Below are positions 1-12,630 of a stretch of DNA of 64,000 nt, in pieces. Each line of letters begins with the position of its first letter. Positions within the stretch are counted from its first letter, which is position 1. The translations under genes and the position numbers were made by a program. This stretch comes from Macrostomum lignano. Lineage: Eukaryota. The DNA is taken from positions 137,445-201,444 of the forward strand of contig NIVC01002136.1 of the NCBI GenBank assembly GCA_002269645.1, written 5' to 3'. Below the pieces are notes generated by a model. It did no database searches. It was given only the letters and a program-made list of their open reading frames with translations, and was not told the DNA's origin.

Positions 1-1732
1 GTGGGGGATGACTCCGACGATTTTGAGGAGCTGCCCTGCGCCGTGAAGATGGTGAAGAAGACGGCCAGCGCGCAGGAGAAGGCCGACTTTCTGCGCGAGG
101 CGGCGCTGGCGTCCCGCTTCGACCATCGGCACATTGTGCGCTGCCTGGGCGTCTGCGTCGACTCCGATCCACACTTCATCCTGCTCGAGCTCATGGAAGG
201 CGGCGATCTACTGGGCTTCTTACGCCGGTCTCGCGGCTGTCCGAGCGATCCCTGCGCTAAGCTGAGTCTGGCCAGCGTGGTGAAAATTATCCTCGACGTG
301 GCGAACGGCTGCTGCTACTTGGAGTCTCAAAAGTTCGTTCACCGGGACATCGCGGCCAGGAACTGTCTGGTGACACAGCGTTCCGGCGAACTACTGGTCA
401 AGATCGGCGACTTCGGTCTGGCTAGGGATGTGTACCGGAGCGAGTACTATAAGAAGGATGTCGGTCGGGCGATGCTGCCGGTTAGATGGATGTCGCCGGA
501 GGCCCTGACTGATGGCGTGTTCTCTACTCAGTCGGATGTGTGGTCAGTAGCTTTGTGGTACTTTTGTACCGATGCTGCATTGTCAGACTACCGATTTCAA
601 GCCATCAATAACGTCTCTTTCCAGGGCCTTTGGCGTACTCTGTTGGGAGTCACTGACGTTGGGCCAGCAGCCCTACGCAGGAAAATCGAATGGTGAAGTG
701 CTTCGCTTCGTCCGCAGCGGTGGCATTCTTGAACAGCCGTCAAATGCTCCAGAGCCGCTGTGAGGTTCTCTTGCACTTTTTAAATACTGTAAAACTTGAA
801 CAGATTGCTCAGTTCTCATGAATATCATTTAAATATGCAGCTACCACATGATGCTGATGTGCTGGAAGCACGATCCAAGCCACCGGCCCTCATTCGCTGA
901 GATTCTACAGTGTGTCGAGGGCTTCCACGTCCAGTCGCGTGACTCAAACAGTCCATTTGCCGGGCCTATGAACAACAGGTGCTCCGCTGTTAGCGGCCTC
1001 CGGAGCAGACACGGTAAGCTTCCATTTTGTTGGTTTTAGCTCGCATTGCTATTGTAACACGAAAGCTGACCTACAGAGCCTCCGCCCCGTCCAGCCTCTT
1101 CGGTGTACCACAACCAGCACGGCAGCGCCACGGGCTTAACCACACAGACGTCACTGACGAGCCTAGGAAGCTTAGAGGGCGCCGTGGGTGGCTGTACGGG
1201 TTCGCCTATTCAGTACACGACTCTGATGTTGCGTGAGGGTCTGCAGCAGCAGCAACAGCAGCAGCAACAGTTCTGCACCGTGCGTTCGCCAGCCCTTGGT
1301 CGAGTCAATATTTCTGCCGACTTCAGCAGTCCGCGCTCCCGACCGCCGCTCCCTCCATCACAGCTGGTGCAGCAGCAGCAGCGCAGGCAACATTTGCACT
1401 ACATCGCGCCTGTCGTTGGTAGCGATGAGGAATCCGACGTGAACGACTCTCTGCCCAGCAAGCAGCCGGCGCCCACCTGCAGGACTCAAGTGCCCGACGG
1501 CAATTCAACCTCTGATGACGATCGAGAATCCGACGCGGACAGCCAGCACGGCGACGGTGAGGAGGAGAGTTTGAGGCGGCCGTTCCTGCCGGCTTCCACT
1601 CGATCGATCGAGACGTCGTCCTCGACGGACGCCACAGCCGCAGGCGGAGGTCAACCCGGTGGTGCCAGACGACCGCTGATGGGCGTGGCGGCTTTTCAGA
1701 CTCGGCCCGGGCCGCCACCAGAGTTTTGCTAA
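1..1732 (+). CDS. ROS1: ROS1/Sevenless-like receptor tyrosine kinase, 3' part (5'-truncated by window edge); exons <1-542, 625-759, 841-1013, 1077-1732
   Basis: Kinase motifs ILLELMEGGDLL, HRDIAARNCLV, VKIGDFGLARDVYRSEYY, LPVRWMSPEAL, SDVW|AFGVLCWESLTLGQQPY and CWKHDPSHRPSF. The GT-AG introns 543-624, 760-840 and 1014-1076 all keep frame. The ELMEGGDLL and TLGQQPY signatures fit the ROS1/Sev branch of the insulin-receptor superfamily. Confidence 0.85.
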
Positions 1733-2766
1733 GCACAGCAGCACCGCTCAGATCAGGGGTGTCACAGATTGTTTGGTGGAGGGAGGGCAAATCACAAAAA
1801 ATTAATCACAGAGATTCTTTTTCCACCTGTTTGGTGTACCTGGCGCTTGCTTATTCTGGAGGGAAGTGTTCAAAGTTTCCAAAGTCATAAAATCTTTGTA
1901 AGTCTCCAAATTGGTTTGCTTTTTGCCACTCCATAGCTGCCCTAAAACCTACCCTAATGCACTGTTGAAAAATGGAAGAGATGCAGCTATTACCTTACAT
2001 GACACCCCTGATACAGAGCAAAATGTTTTTTAAACCTCGCCCTTCGGAGACGCACACTGTACTAGCTTTTCTACAGCGAGCTGCGAGTAGTAAAAGCATG
2101 CCATGACATTATCGCTACCAATTCATCAAAATAATTCGCTTTACAACACACTTCTGTGCCTGTAATAGCTCCGAATCATTCGCTGATAGCATGCATGCAC
2201 CGAAAATTACAGTTTATTCGATTCTCCAAACTGCAATGAATTGCTTTATTTAACAGACTTTCAAGTATTGATGAATAAACAAGAGACAGAGTGATACAAG
2301 CCGGTATTGAGATTCAGGCAAGAAGAGAAGTACTGCTAAATTTGACTGAATATTTAGACAGGGCACAGTTCGTAATTCAGATTTCATACAGACAGAAGAC
2401 AAAATATGAAATTTTATAGAATAATTTTCGTGGTTTACAGGCGCATCGTTAGTTTTCGGGTCAGTCAAGTAAGTAAAATGTGAGTAAGAACAATTTGAAT
2501 AAGTTCTTGCTTCTTAATTACTTTCACTAGTAGCTCGTAGTTTGAGTGCTATGATTTTTATACAAAGTGTCAAGTCTTTGAAAACTCCAGACTTACGTAT
2601 AGCTTACGTACATGCAGTTCTAACATCTACGCAGTCTAACGGTTACGCAGTCTAACATCTTGTTTACAGCAATCTTGGGTCCTTTTGTGCAATTTGTCAC
2701 CAGGAGCATGTAAAACAAGTCGTTCACAAGAAAGTCCAGCTCGATGCAGAAAATGTCCTGGTGTCG

Positions 2767-5700
2767 TCACAGACAATCGCTGGCATCGCCGGAGTTCAGC
2801 CGGCCCATAGTGACGGGCAGTGGTCCAGAGTCCACCCCGTCAGTGTCAATCAGGTGAATCTCGGGCACATCGACCGCCGCCGCTGCGGCCGAGGAGGCCT
2901 CTTTCATCGTTGTCGTCGTCGCCGTCTGGTCCTGCGGCTGCGGTGGCGGCGGCGGCGGCTTCTTCGGCTTCCTCCGCTTGACCTTCTGCGGCTTTGGCGG
3001 CAGCTGCGGCTTGTTTGGCTCCGTCGGCTGATCGATGGCAACAGAAATTGGCCGGACGTAGCCGTCAGGGCTGTTGGTCATGTTCATTTCCAGGTAGCCG
3101 GGGTTCGACACGGGCCGGCTGGGTGGTTGGCTGGACAGGTAGCCGGAATTGTCGTACACGCTCTCTTCGACCTTGTTGGAGCTGCCGCTGCTACGGCCGA
3201 GCGGCTGAGCCGTCGCCGGCCTCTGCTCGGTCGGTCGGGGCGCGTCAGGCACCGGAGGCTTGGGGCCCGTTTCGTTCAGCTGAATGGCTGTTTGTTGTGT
3301 TGGGGTTGAAGCGGAATTTCCGACAGAGGTGTACACAGTTTAAAACTAAAAAATATGGGGGCGTAGCCCAGCGGTCCGGCGCGGCGCTCTGATGTGTAAG
3401 CGGGCCAGACTCGATTCCAAGTGCAGTCACATTAATTTGGGACTAAATTGGAATCTTGGCTTGGCTCTGCTCATGCAATTAACGCCCTTGAGGGCCAACC
3501 CCAAAGGCACAGTGAAGTGCACATGCCTAACGATAAATAAAGTTAGGGCCGCTGTATTCACGCCTGTGTGAGTGTGTGCCTGTGTGTATGACTGCGTACG
3601 TATCCGCACGCTTGTGTGCCTGCTCAGGGGAGTCGGCGGAATGGGCAGTAATGCCTCTCGCTGGTTGTGTGACAATGTCGCTTAAAAAGCGTCTGGGTGC
3701 ACACAGCTCCATGCCTCTGATAAAAAACATTCGAATTTTTATATAACTGTCAGTGCAGAACTATTTTTTAAACTGCAAGAGACCTGCTTCGTTTCTTTTT
3801 CGGGCTACTTTTCAGTAGGCGATCTCTATTGAATGCCTGTAGTATACATTCGCCTGTAAAAATAGCTGTTTTAAAGGATTGATTTAACGTTTACAGAATC
3901 AAAAAGCCTTCACGGCTTCAGTCGCTTGGAAGTAAGGAAATCACTTTTGTCTAGAGATGAGTTGCTGAGTCTAAAATTCTAAAATGATCAAATGAGCGCA
4001 GGAAATTATCTAGACAACTTACTCGGTTCGTCAGTGTCAAGCATCTTGGATTGGCGCAGGTCTGCGTAGGTACCGGTGTCCTCCAGCTGGGTCTCCGGAG
4101 CAGCTGCTGTCGTGGTCCTCACGAGTTCGTACTCGGCGTCCAGTCCGGAAGCTGGCACTGGTGCGGCTTGCCGCTCCGCAATGGCGGGCATCCGTGGCAG
4201 ATTGGGATTTCGCGGCGGCAGGCGTGGAGAACGTTCATCTGGAGAAGCATTTTAGTTTAAACTTGTGCTCTGCAGCGTCACATTCAGTGCTGTTGTGAAG
4301 CAATGCAAGAACTCACCGCTGCCATAGTCGTACTCCTTTTCGGGTCCCCATCCGTCGAGGGTTCGTCGATCGTCGGTGGGCCACTTGACGTTGAGCTGTT
4401 GTCGGACGGCTGGCTTCGTCTGACCCTGCTCAAACTGCTGCTTCGCAGTGCGCTGGCGACAGACCAGAACTCGCCAGCCAATGATGACGGCAGCGGCCAG
4501 AAGCAAAATCAAGACGATGATGAGGAACACCCACCAGTAGCCGGCGACCGTTGCGTCGCACCGGTAACCACCAGGCAGATTCACGCATGCCTGTAAGGGT
4601 GATTCGGGTGCCAATAGGAAGGAAGATGTCAGGACAATTATCCAAGGACTACTCAACTAGAAGAAGGGAAAACTACGTTTCATAGAAAACGTTAAGGAGG
4701 CTGGCTTTCTTCGAAAAATACACTACAGAGATAGCAAGTTTTCATTTTTTCAGCACAAAAATTGCTATTGCTTTTGATAAAAGGCAGAAGCAATGTTCAT
4801 CTTTTGATAGTCTTGCCTTTCTTATAGCTCTATTGATATTCATAAAGCTTTTCAGTTTTCATTCCTACTAGTTGAGTAGTCATTGCAGTTATCTAGTAAA
4901 AATCTGTAGTCTTTTAAACCGCAACAATGAAGCCGTAAGGCCGTAAGTTTTCAATTGCGACTCAAGCGCGTTTCTACTGGAGTACCTTCACTTTGATTGA
5001 ATATTTTTGAAACTATTGAAGAGCGGCAATTGATGTCTGACACATGCGTGATGTCGGTGTCATACCGGGCCTGCAATCTGAGGTTATTATCGCTCACCTG
5101 TCCGAAGGTGCACGGATCGGAGCCAGCCTGGCACTCATTGCGGTCGGCCGTGCAGTTACGGCCCTCCCAGCCGGTGCTGCAGCTGCAGAGGTAGTCGCTA
5201 GTTGGCCCGAAGCTGCCAGCCTTCGAGGTGCAATTGCCGTTCACGCAGGGTCGCTGGTTGGCGCACGGGTTCAGTCTGGTGTCGCAGCGGGGACCTGCGG
5301 GGAATGAATGGGAATTTTGTTGGATTAGGCAAAGTAACAAATTTCTCAACTAAGCGCAGAACAGCATTCTCAACTGACATTCGGTGGGGAAAGAGCAGCT
5401 CAATGGTTAATAGCTCCGCCTGTCGCGCCACGACTCTCGGTTCGTCTCCTTGCGCGGTCACGACACACTAACCTGATTTGCGGCAGCCATCCAAACTAAC
5501 CTGCAAGCTCCACTCTCGCTACCAACCATAAAAGATCATTGTTTCAGTAAAACTTCCGCTGTACATGTACGCGCACCTTCAAACCCTGGCTGGCAGGTGC
5601 ACGTGTAGGACCCGTTCGTGTTCTCGCAGGCCAAGCGTTTCACGCAGTATCCTGGCCGGCTGCACTCGTCGATGTCCGTTTCGCACGCCGCGCCCTTCCA

Positions 5701-8700
5701 GCCGCTGTTGCACGCGCATGTGTAGTTGCTGGAGCCGACGTTGCTGCAGTTGCCATGGTGACAGTTTGGCTTCATAGCCAAGCAATAGTCGGATATTTCG
5801 GAGCACAGAGGGCCTGCAGTAGCGAGAGGAGAAGCTATGAAGCTTTTACCGCAGTTCAGAACAGAAACTCCTTCCCGGATGTTGCATCCCTCACAACACT
5901 TGGTTTAACTCATAGAACTTGTGCCTTTCCATTCCATCAGTCCAGCAGTCCTTGGCCCTTCTCTCACCCGCCCAGATCTAGTCCAGCAGTCCTTGGCCCC
6001 CTCTCACCTGCCCAGATCTAGTCCAGCAGTCCTTGGCCCCCTCTCACCTGCCCAGATTTAGTCCAGCAGTCCTTGGCCCCCCTCTCACCCGTCCAGCCGG
6101 GCCGGCAATGGCAGGCGAAACTGCCATTGGAGTTGACGCAGGCCGCGGTGCCGTTGGGCAGGCAGTCGCCCAGGCCGCCTTTGCTGGGCGCGGCGCACTC
6201 GTCGACGTCGCGGTCGCAGCGATCGCCGGTCCAGCCGTCGCGGCAGGCGCAGGTATAGTTGGCTCCGGCGGACGCGTTGCCATTGCTGCAGTTGCCATGG
6301 AGACAAGGGTTGCTCGCCAAGCAGTAGTCGGATAAATTTCGACAGTAGCTTCCTGAGAGTAGAGGGAGTGGGTGAGTAGCGCAGCGGTTGTGCATCTCTG
6401 GTTCTCGCGCCAAAGTCCCGGGTTCGATTTCTTTTGGCTACATTAATTTTGGTTTCGTGTGCTAAAGTTAACCCGGGCCTTGATGCGTGATTTTAAGTCA
6501 CAAAGACTGCACAAGCCCGCCGATGAGAAATTTTCGCTGTGCACCCTGTGTGCTCAGGGGTCAGCCGAATGAGCATGATTGCTCGCCGCCACGCCGACTG
6601 CGGTTCGCCTATCGCCTTGGCTTTGCAACGGCGCTCACAGCATTGGGACTAGTTAAAAATGGCCAATTATAACCAAGACTACAGGAAGTAGCCGTTTTAA
6701 TTGTGTCCAAGGAAGCCCGCATGTTTAAAAAAGCTATTAACTATGAAGGCTAGTTACTAAAAAGGTTAAAGAGGCTGCTAGCAAATAAAATTGTCAGTAA
6801 ACTCACCAGACCAGCCGGCTTTGCAGTCGCACTCGAACGACCCGATCGAGTTCGTGCAGTTCGCCGTGCCCGCCAGGTTGCAGCCGCTCGGCCCGCCAGC
6901 GCACTCGTCGATGTCTGCGCTGCAGTTGGTGCCGCCGTAGCCGGGGTAGCAGTCGCAGATGTACACGCCATCGCTCGGATTTCTGCAGTTGCCGTTGCGA
7001 CACGGCTTGTATTTGGCGCACGGGTTCTTGGGCAGCTCGCAGTGCCGGCCTGCAGCAGGCGGCGGGTCGAAAATTTATGGTTTTCTCTTTTTCCTATCCC
7101 TCACCTTTTCTCTCCTCTTTACAAAACCCATTTGCTTTGATCTGCTTCTCATGCTTCTCCATCCCTAATGGAGATCGGTCCTCGGTACGAACTCTCATCA
7201 TCATGTAAACACCCAGCATTAGCGCAGGAAGCACACAGTGAACTTACCTGTGTATTCTTTAGTGCATTCGCACGTGTATCCGTCCGTGAGGTGATTGCAA
7301 GTGGCATTGTTCTGACAGAGAGGCGTTCCGCTGCAGTAGGTATTCTTGCAGTTTGTCGCTGGGTCCCAGTAGCCTACAATGAAGCCATTTTTGTCAACAG
7401 TCAACTAGTGGAAATACAATAGTCACAAGATATCACTCAGACATTTAATGTTAGCCAGAATAATACTATATAAGCTTAGCATCAAATTACCAGCAAGGCA
7501 CTCCTTGTCCCCACTCGCTGAACAACTGTAGTGGCCTTCGATGCTGTTATCTGCCGGCTTGCAGTATTTATCACACAGGCCTGAATAGTAGTACTGGGCG
7601 CAGTAGATCTTGTATGACCAAGTTAGTGTTCTGTAGCGGCAGCAAGATTATTTAAATAGGTCTTCTCGAAAGGGAATGCCAGCTTAAGACCCTGGAGCCT
7701 CGAAGTAAGGCTCTGAACGGAATCGGATGTCAATGGATAACTTTCGAGGGACTTCGGGGGATTTCACGCCCAGCTTAAGACACCTCAAATCTCAATGGAT
7801 CACATTGATCTGAGCCTGATCTGATATTTCAGTTATATTATAGCATTCCGTCATCTACACTTCCAACATTATTGGCTTTGCAGATGTCTCAGAAACTTCT
7901 CAATTGGTGCTGTAAACGTATTTCCTGAACTGTCTGGGACCTGGATGGGATGTCTCGGTGTTTCTCATTGACTGGTCTTGAAAGTTATCAATTGCCATTC
8001 GGTTGGGTCCGGAACTTTAATTCAGGCTCAACTACGGCGCTTAACATGATATCATCCCCTTAATATTTTGAATGAAAGAATCAAAGAAAAAACTGAGGAA
8101 TTTCTCTTACTTTTCGAATTTTAATTTTGTTGTTACTGTCGTAAAGTCTGACGGAACCACACCATTGAAGCTGTTGCTGCGAATGGACGAAGCCGGGGGG
8201 TCAAACAGCTCGTTCATTCTGATGTCGTCCACCTTCTGATCCGGAGTCGCGTCCACGTCCCAGACGTCGATCCACACCTTCCAGTTATCGGCCTGTTTGA
8301 TTTAAGTTAGGCTATTAGTCAGTCAGCTCCCAGGAGCTCTACTGACTAAGTGGTGCCTAACTGATCTCCCGTGACTAATTTCTATTTAACTTGTAAAACC
8401 ACAGAGCCAGAAAAGTTTATTGACAGTTAACATTAAAATTTAACTCACAGTGATAGGAAAAGCTCCGGAAAAGCTGGCGCTGATTGGTGTTGGGCAAAAG
8501 TTGCTGACCTCGATTGTGTTCGAATACTCTGATGTTGAGCAATAAGATTTTTTCTCTTCGGATCTACAAATTTAAATATAGAGCTGTCAAACATTTAACA
8601 CTGAGTCTTCACACAGAGTAGACTTTGAACGCATGCTTTGCGTTCATAATCGACTCGTTCATAAGCGAGATGCACAAATCTAGTCCATCGCCACTAGAGA

Positions 8701-9279
8701 GATGGATGACTTACCCAATTTTGTAACTGACCACAAATCTCAGGTCGCACGGGCTGACACCGCCGAATGTGTCGCATTGCTCGCCCTCGATGAGCAAGTT
8801 GTTTGGATTTCTGTACTTGTCCAGTCGAAGTGTCAAATACCCATTCGACGAAGCTTTCTGTGAATTAGAAAAGATATAATGAGTTTTGTTTTAATGAATT
8901 AAAATTACGGCTCGTATTGTAGGATAAATGCAGCCTATAGCTACCTACCATGCAAGTAAGATATGATACGGCTGAATTCTACATGATGGGATGTGACACG
9001 ACACGGTACAACACAATACATAACACGAGACAAGGCACGACACGACACGACACGACATCAGGACACGAGACAAGACATGACACGGCACGACACGACATGA
9101 CACGGCACGACACACAACGTCTCCATACAAGACGCTAATTTCATGATACGAGTATCCTGTTGTGATACTTAATAATAAAACTAGTTATCAGAATTGTCTT
9201 TTACCTGACACAGACACAGCAGCAGCCAGAGGATCAAAATGAAGCCCGTAGTGCCGCTTGCAATCATTGAGTGTCGCAT
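2767..9279 (-). CDS. DSL-family (Delta-type) Notch-ligand-like type I membrane protein, ~910 aa; exons 9279-9205, 8857-8715, 8563-8449, 8292-8111, 7630-7491, 7373-7248, 7049-6807, 6352-6089, 5813-5577, 5294-5098, 4590-4317, 4238-4023, 3287-2767
   Basis: Signal peptide MRHSMIASGTTGFILILWLLLCLCQ; MNNL/C2-like NGYLTLRLDKYRNPNNLLIEGEQCD...CDLRF; DSL domain WSYKIYCAQYYYSGLCDKYCKPADNSIEGHYSCSASGDKECLAGYW; 8 complete EGF/cbEGF repeats plus one 4-Cys partial; TM YWWVFLIIVLILLLAAAVIIGW. All 12 introns are GT-AG and phase-compatible (2733 nt = 911 codons). Confidence 0.88.
3356..3725 (+). mobile_element. tRNA-derived SINE (family A), full-length, in the last intron of the DSL gene
   Basis: A-box gcgtagcccagcgg (~3361), B-box gactcgattcc (~3408). 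The body matches copies at ~17105-17445 (+), ~23645-23968 (-) and the head at ~54945-55045 (-). A-rich 3' end. Confidence 0.75.
5939..6090. repeat. ~40-bp tandem repeat (~3.7 copies) that includes the DSL exon donor site
   Basis: Unit agtccagcagtccttggcccctctcacctgcccagatct starts at 5939, 5980, 6020 and 6060. Confidence 0.9.
6372..6660 (+). mobile_element. tRNA-derived SINE, diverged relative of family A
   Basis: A-box agtagcgcagcgg, B-box gggttcgatt, then cattaattttgg and tgctcagggg..gc.gaatg.gc motifs shared with family A. Confidence 0.55.
8995..9120. repeat. Degenerate (ACACG)n microsatellite in DSL intron 1
   Basis: Runs of cacgacacgacacgac. Confidence 0.85.
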
Positions 9280-10344
9280 TGCAGATGAAATCCACAAGCC
9301 AGAAGACAGTTGCCAGAACAAGCTGCAAGTCTTCTTTCAAACGTTAATTTGGTTTCCAAGTGAGCTAACGATGCAATTGTTTTTATAAAGCCAGTTTAAA
9401 TATACCGACTAAAGAGACTTGAAAAAAAGCAAAAAGAATTTAAAAAAACGTACTGTACCTCGCCACAGCAGCAGTAGCAGCTGTTTACCTCGTGAAGGCA
9501 AGGCAACAAGCCGTGTGCGGTCTCTGTCTTCCAGGCACATCGGACCATCTTTTACGCCAACCTCACTCCTTGTAAGCCCCGAGCAGTGCTCATGTGAGCT
9601 GGATATAACGAAGCTGAGACAGAGAGGGGCAGAGGGGCGAAGCTTAGACTGTGCACATGCAGCAGTTGAAATGGCAACTTTGGTGCAGTGCAGTGATGCT
9701 TGCTATGCAGCCATTATGCACCGACCCCCAGGGCGCTCTCTGTTCTTTCTTCTCTGTCTTTAATATTTTCGTCTCTCGTTTCGCTTATGGAATTTCAATG
9801 CTCCATGACTCTTTAGCTGTCTGTAAAGCAGAAGTGCATTTTTGCCAACAAAGAATAGAACCAGATCAACAGAATTGAGTCCAAAACTGTTGCTTTAGAG
9901 CTGAAAATAGACACTGAGTCACTGACTGACCGAAGTTGCAAGTAGCGTATGGCTTTTTCCGTTTGAGTAGTTTGCTTTCAGCTTGCTTGCAAAAATAATC
10001 ATTGCTGGATTGCCGGAATTAGAGATGACGCGCCTCTGTGCTAAGGGTAGCGGCAATCACACTAGCCGTCCAACTTACAAATGAGCTAAAAATGGAACAT
10101 TTAAAAAAACTTTTTTAGGGCTTACCTTATTTTTGGCGATGATGGCTTTGGAAACGCGCATCGTCTGAGATCACGTGCTTTGACCATGTGACCGCAACAC
10201 CTGTAGTTCCAGGCAGGTCACTAGCTTGGCTGCGAATGCACTTCCAACTTAAAAAGTTGAATCAGAAGCACCAATTTTAGTACTGGGCGTGCTTTCCGAT
10301 GTGGAAAAGACTTTGGTCCCTGTTTCCCTCTGCACCGTCTCGAT

Positions 10345-10980
10345 CCTTCTAATGTACATCCTATCCACTTTCCCTGGAGTCGCATAATGTACATCCTATC
10401 CACTTTCCCTGGAGTCGCATCTAATGTACATCCTATCCACTTTCCTTGGAGTCGCATCTAATGTACATCCTATCCACTTTCCCCTGGAGTCGCATCTAAT
10501 GTACATCCTATCCACTTTCCCTGGAGTCGCATAATGTACATCCTATCCACTTTCCCTAGAGTCGCATCTAATGTACATCCTATCCACTTTCCTTGGAGTC
10601 GCATCTAATGTACATCCTATCCACTTTTCCTGGAGTCGCATTTAATGTACATCCTATCCACTTTCCCTGGAGTCGCATCTAATGTACATCCTATCCACTT
10701 TTCCCTAGAGTCGCATTTAATGTACATCCTATCCACTTTTCCCTAGAGTCGCATTTAATGTACATCCTATCCACTTTTCCCTAGAGTCGCATTTAATGTA
10801 CATCCTATCCACTTTTCCCTAGAGTCGCATTTTATGTACATCCTATCCACTTTTCCCTGGAGTCGCATTTAATGTACATCCTATCCACTTTTCCCTAGAG
10901 TCGCATTTAATGTACATCCTATCCACTTTTCCCTAGAGTCGCATTTTATGTACATCCTATCCACTTTCCCTAGAGTCGCA
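10345..10980. repeat. 37-39-bp minisatellite
   Basis: Unit aatgtacatcctatccactttccctggagtcgcatct repeated in tandem. Confidence 0.95.
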
Positions 10981-11519
10981 CAAGCGTTTTAATTTAAATC
11001 CAGGGTTAGGGTTAGGACAAGGGGTTTAGGGTTATGCTTAGGGCTCAACCATAAAATACACATGGGGGAATCGCTGAGTTGTCAAGGCTTGGAGAGTCGC
11101 TGAAATGCTGTGGCTCATTGAGGGGTTGCTGAGATGCTAAGGATCAATTTGGAGTTGTTGGTAGGCCAAGCATCAAAGGGCTAATTAGAGTTAAGCCATG
11201 GCTTAAAGGAGCGCCGGGGGGCTTTGGTGCCAGAGCTAACAGGGGATGCTGGTAGCTTAGGCTAGATAGCTGACTCTTCTTTAGATCATTTTTCTTAAGA
11301 AACTAGTAATATTGATGACTGTACAAGTTTAGAAGCTACGAGTAGGTGTAGTTAATTTAAATAATTATTTTTCCTTTCTTTGTTGCCTCTCTAACGGGGA
11401 CGAAGATTGCTAGTTGATCACTTTTAACGTTTCAATTTCAACAACAGGCCTTTGGACTTAGGACTGTTTAATGAATGATTTCTACATGGTAAAACATGCT
11501 TTGGGCGAACGAACAGCTT

Positions 11520-11785
11520 CTTTCAGGCCTCTTCTCAGAACACTCAGGACACTCAGGCCTGCCCTCAGAACACTCAAGACATTCACTCATTCAGGCTTCC
11601 TCTCTAAACACTTAAAACATTCAGGCCTTCTCTCTGAACACTCAGGAACCCCAGGACACTTAGGTCTGCTCTCAGAACACTCAGGACACTCAGGCCTCTT
11701 TTCTTAAAACACTCAGGCCTCCTCTCAGAACACCCAGGACACTCGGACCTCCTCTCAGAACACAGGACTCTCAGGACACTCGGGC
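11520..11785. repeat. Degenerate repeat of ctctcagaacactcaggacactcaggc
   Basis: Recurring actcagg/ctctcagaac motifs. Confidence 0.7.
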
Positions 11786-12186
11786 CAAAAAGGTGCGACA
11801 TAAAAAATTAAATGTTTTGTGAACTGAATTTGCTGACATCTTAAGAGTTGTTGACTTGTCGAAGAACTTTACTCTCTTTGAAAATAATTTCTTTGTATTG
11901 TATGAGTACGTAATATGTTTATGTATTCTTATATTAGGTGTGAGAAATCGGATAGTGCATACACTGAACCGTTTCTGCTTGGCACGAAAAAAAGCAAATT
12001 ACATTAAAAGGTAATACAGTACTCTAAATATAGTATCCGACAGCATCTTTGGTTGCTTTGTATGTCTCTAACCTGAGATTTTCAAACATTAAAAAAGCAC
12101 TGGGAAGCACTAGTTACACGTAAGTGAAAATGATAGCTCGTAAGGGCTCAATAAAACGGTGTCACGCGAGCGTTGCCACCTTCGGT

Positions 12187-12630
12187 TCAAATATCGTACA
12201 CCGTATTCGCCATGTAGCCGCCGCACGTCTCCTTCTCATTTCCTGGGCATTTCTTGTCGCACTTCAGCGTTGAGATCTGGCCGTACTTGCCGTACTTGTT
12301 GGCGCAGTAGCACTCCGTTCCGTTCTGCAGCCCCATGTGCTTCATGTTGGCCTTCTTGCACGAGTCTCGGCACAGCACGTGAGTGAGGCTGTCGCTGTGA
12401 AACGAGGCCTTTCCCATGTCTCGAGCGTTGACGCTGTCCGCGTAGCAGCCCTTGAACTTCGTGGCCGGTCGCTCCTGGGACCTCTTTGATCCAGCGGCTC
12501 TACCGGCCGCGAATGTTCCGGTGAAGGCACCGGCGATGACTGGAAGGATCGGAGGACAGGCCTGGATCTCCAGACAGACGAGGCTCAGGATGCAAAATAG
12601 CGCGGTAAGCAGTCGCTGGTTGACGAGCAT
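12187..12630 (-). CDS. Secreted single-WSC-domain protein, copy 1 (147 aa, intronless)
   Basis: Signal peptide to IQA, pro-segment ending in KR, and a canonical 8-Cys WSC domain FKGCYAD...LCRDSC...MGLQNGTECYC...KCDKKCPGNEKETCGG...NTVY. Confidence 0.9.
   Translation of the reverse strand: MLVNQRLLTALFCILSLVCLEIQACPPILPVIAGAFTGTFAAGRAAGSKRSQERPATKFKGCYADSVNARDMGKASFHSDSLTHVLCRDSCKKANMKHMGLQNGTECYCANKYGKYGQISTLKCDKKCPGNEKETCGGYMANTVYDI

Noticed and set aside
3288-3345. TVYTSV (ITSM-like) motif at the start of ORF 2767..3336
   Set aside because: An in-frame TAA at 3342-3340 precedes it and the phase-compatible acceptor is at 3288/3287, so the motif is intronic.
2761-3392. Plus-strand Arg/Leu-rich ORFs overlapping exons (similar ones across TLE, K2P and HUNK)
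   Set aside because: They are antisense shadows of GC-rich coding exons with no recognisable domains.
3356-3430. Possible tRNA genes at 3356, 6372, 14316, 23900 and 54960
   Set aside because: Only the A/B boxes are tRNA-like. No acceptor stem or cloverleaf could be formed, and each continues into a repeated SINE body.
11002-11045. TTAGGG-like telomeric repeats (also ~18843)
   Set aside because: Only 2-3 imperfect units, too short to call an interstitial telomere.
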